Below the pieces are notes generated by a model. That model searched no databases. It worked only from the letters and a program-made list of their open reading frames with translations, and had not been told where the DNA came from. From positions 4,516,677-4,580,676 of the forward strand of contig MU054117.1 of NCBI GenBank assembly GCA_013239625.1: DNA of 64,000 nucleotides, in the 5' to 3' direction. The translations under genes were made by a program, and so were the position numbers. The stretch is from Lama guanicoe (Eukaryota). Positions 61,863 through 64,000 of the stretch are shown piece after piece; positions within the stretch are counted from its first letter, which is position 1; each line of letters starts with the position of its first letter.

Positions 61863-61973
61863 TTCAGCCAGCGCTTCCAGCCCTACGTCCTGTACTGCCT
61901 GCGGGTGAAGCAGACCATGGCTTACGCCCGGGAGCAGCAAGACAACAACCCTCTCTTCCACACCTTTGTGCAG
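61863..61973 (+). CDS. PLEKHG6: PLEKHG6 coding exon (DH)
   Basis: FSQRFQPYVLYCLRVKQTMAYAREQQDNNPLFHTFVQ|gtggga; 111 bp. Confidence 0.96.
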
Positions 61974-62117
61974 GTGGGAGAGGGGCTGCCTGGGGAAAAG
62001 GGATGCGGCCGACCTTGGTCATCCCAGAGCTCCAGCTGGGTCCAAGGCTGAGCGCATCCCTGGGCTGGGGCAGGAGGAAGCTCGCAGCCCCCTGACCCTT
62101 GCCCACCTGCCCGGCAG

Positions 62118-62267
62118 TGGTGTGAGAAGCACAAGCGCTCTGGGAGGCAGATGCTGGGGGACCTGCTCATCAAGCCCCACCAGCGCATCACCAAGTACCC
62201 ACTGCTGCTCCAGGCTGTGCTCAAGAGGAGCCCCGAGGCCCGCGCCCGGGAGGCCCTGAACGCCATG
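62118..62267 (+). CDS. PLEKHG6: PLEKHG6 coding exon (DH CR3)
   Basis: WCEKHKRSGRQMLGDLLIKPHQRITKYPLLLQAVLKRSPEARAREALNAM|gtaggc; 150 bp. Confidence 0.97.
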
Positions 62268-62429
62268 GTAGGCTGGGGGCTGGGTGCTGGTACCCAGTAC
62301 GGATCTCCCGGGACTCTTGAGGTCTCTTTCCTCACATGTATGTGACAGCATGGCCCGGATGTCCCTGACTGGGTGGGATGTGCGGTCGAGGAGCTGAGCT
62401 GTCCTCCCTCCACCCCCCACCTCACCTAG

Positions 62430-62567
62430 ATTGCAGCGGTGGAGTCCTTCCTCCGACACATCAACAAGCAGGTGCGCCAGGGCGAGGAGCAGGAGAGCTT
62501 GGTGGCTGCAGCCGAGCGCATCGGGCCCTACGAGGTGCTGGAGCCGTCCAGCGAGGAGGTGGAGAAG
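62430..62567 (+). CDS. PLEKHG6: PLEKHG6 coding exon (DH end)
   Basis: IAAVESFLRHINKQVRQGEEQESL...SSEEVEK|gtgaga; 138 bp. Confidence 0.96.
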
Positions 62568-62796
62568 GTGAGAGGCCAAGGGAAGCGACTCAGAAAGAGC
62601 AAAGCCCCCAGAAAGCGGATGAAGCCTAGGCCTGCAGGGGGAGGGTCAGGGCGCCCCAGGGCGTGGCGGAGCTGTGTTCCCACCCTTTCTTCCCAGCGGG
62701 GTGGGTCCAAGCCTCAGGGTTCAAAGGAGTAAATGGAGGCACCGGGAAGCTCCCTCTCCCCCAGCGCCCTGATCCTCTGCTCTCTGCGTCCCTCAG

Positions 62797-62916
62797 AACC
62801 TGCGTCCGTTCTCCACCCTGGACCTGACATCCCCTGTGCTGGGGGTCGCTCCCGAGCACACCAGGCAGCTGCTGCTCGAGGGACCTGTGCGTGTGAAGGA
62901 GGGACGAGAAGGGAAG
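62797..62916 (+). CDS. PLEKHG6: PLEKHG6 coding exon (PH start)
   Basis: NLRPFSTLDLTSPVLGVAPEHTRQLLLEGPVRVKEGREGK|gtgagg; 120 bp. Confidence 0.95.
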
Positions 62917-63281
62917 GTGAGGGGGCTGTGGAGGAGCGGAGGAGGGGGGAGATGAGCTGGAGAGAAAGGAGGGGGAGATGGAAGGAGACAGGACGAGTCA
63001 GAAGGCTGGACATGGGAGAAGAGGTGTGTGTGTGTCTGTGTGCGTCTGTATGTATGTCTGTGTGTGTCTGTGTGTTGAGAAGAGGACGTGTTTCTGACTA
63101 ACCTCTGGTTGTCTGTAAGACCCTGAGTCAGCCACTTACCCTGCCTGCAAAGCGAGAGGTGGGACCAGGCTGACAGGGCTCCGCAGCTCTGCCCCGTCCC
63201 TGTGTGACGCGGGCCCTGACCCCCTCCCCGCCCGCCCCCCGCGCCAGCTGACCTCCTCTCTCTCCCATGCTCGCCCCCCAG

Positions 63282-63414
63282 CTGGACGTGTACTTGTTCC
63301 TCTTCTCTGATGTGCTCTTGGTGACCAAGCGCCAGCGCAGGGCAGACAAAGCCAAGGTGATCCGCCCGCCCCTCATGCTGGAGAAGCTCGTGTGCCAACC
63401 GCTCCGAGACCCTA
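63282..63414 (+). CDS. PLEKHG6: PLEKHG6 coding exon (PH)
   Basis: LDVYLFLFSDVLLVTKRQRRADKAKVIRPPLMLEKLVCQPLRDP+A|gtatgt; 133 bp, phase 1. Confidence 0.96.
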
Positions 63415-63530
63415 GTATGTCTCTCCTGGGGGAGCTGTTCTTTCTCCTGTCTGGTCAGCAGGGGAAGGGGAGGTTGGGATGGGGATCACATAAGGTCCAG
63501 CCCTGGAAGCCGACCTTCTCCTCCACCCAG

Positions 63531-63646
63531 GCAGCTTCCTGCTGATCCACCTCACGGAATTCCAGTGCGTCTCCAGCGCCCTCACCGTGCACTGTCCCAG
63601 CCCTGCAGACCGGGCCCGGTGGCTGGAGAAGACCCAGCAGGCTCAG
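63531..63646 (+). CDS. PLEKHG6: PLEKHG6 coding exon (PH end); gene continues past window
   Basis: cccag|GC-SFLLIHLTEFQCVSSALTVHCPSPADRARWLEKTQQAQ|gtgtgt; 116 bp. Confidence 0.95.
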
Positions 63647-64000
63647 GTGTGTGAAACCAGGTGGTGGGGGGATGGCGGCAGCCCCGGAGCTCAGAAACGG
63701 GAGCACAAAGAGGGGGAGAGAGGCTCTGGTGTACCTTAACCATCGTAAGAGCATAGAAGAAAGTCTGGCCAGCTGGGGTGCAGGCTGCCAGTCCCGGGGG
63801 AGCCAGGGCAGCCACCCCTAAAGGTTTCCAGGCCAAGAAACAGCTGCTGAACTTCACCTTCCATTCAGCAGACTTTAACGGGGCATCTCTGGGCGCAGGC
63901 ACAGGCTGAGTGCAGAGGAATCAGAGGAGTAAAACACCGCTCTGCCCTCAGGGAACGTGCCCTGCAGCCTGGCCAGAGGAATCAGTGCACAGACAGCAGA

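Noticed and set aside
61922..63398. Antisense ORFs opposite PLEKHG6
   Set aside because: Shadow frames of GC3-rich coding exons.

Overview
Mammalian genomic DNA, most likely from a camelid given the tRNA-Ala(AGC)-derived Vic-1-type SINEs and cetartiodactyl-type L1 ends. The window holds the last four coding exons and 3'UTR of CD9 (+, 1061-~3690). A ~52 kb repeat-rich intergenic interval follows, with solo LTRs, L1/L2/L3, MIR, hAT elements and an orphan CpG island containing a 159-N gap. It ends with the promoter and first 12 coding exons (508 codons, DH-PH RhoGEF) of PLEKHG6 (+, ~56000 to beyond the window end). All exon boundaries were read directly and are GT-AG with consistent phase. Best leads: (1) an intact, in-frame candidate alternative first coding exon in PLEKHG6 intron 2, resembling the exon reported as primate-specific; (2) a ~340-bp mini-L1 whose 5' end is fused directly to its 3' tail at what looks like a splice acceptor; (3) an orphan CpG island with CTCF and AP-1/MARE motifs. 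Repeat family names and human/mouse reference sequences are from memory and need RepeatMasker/BLAST confirmation.
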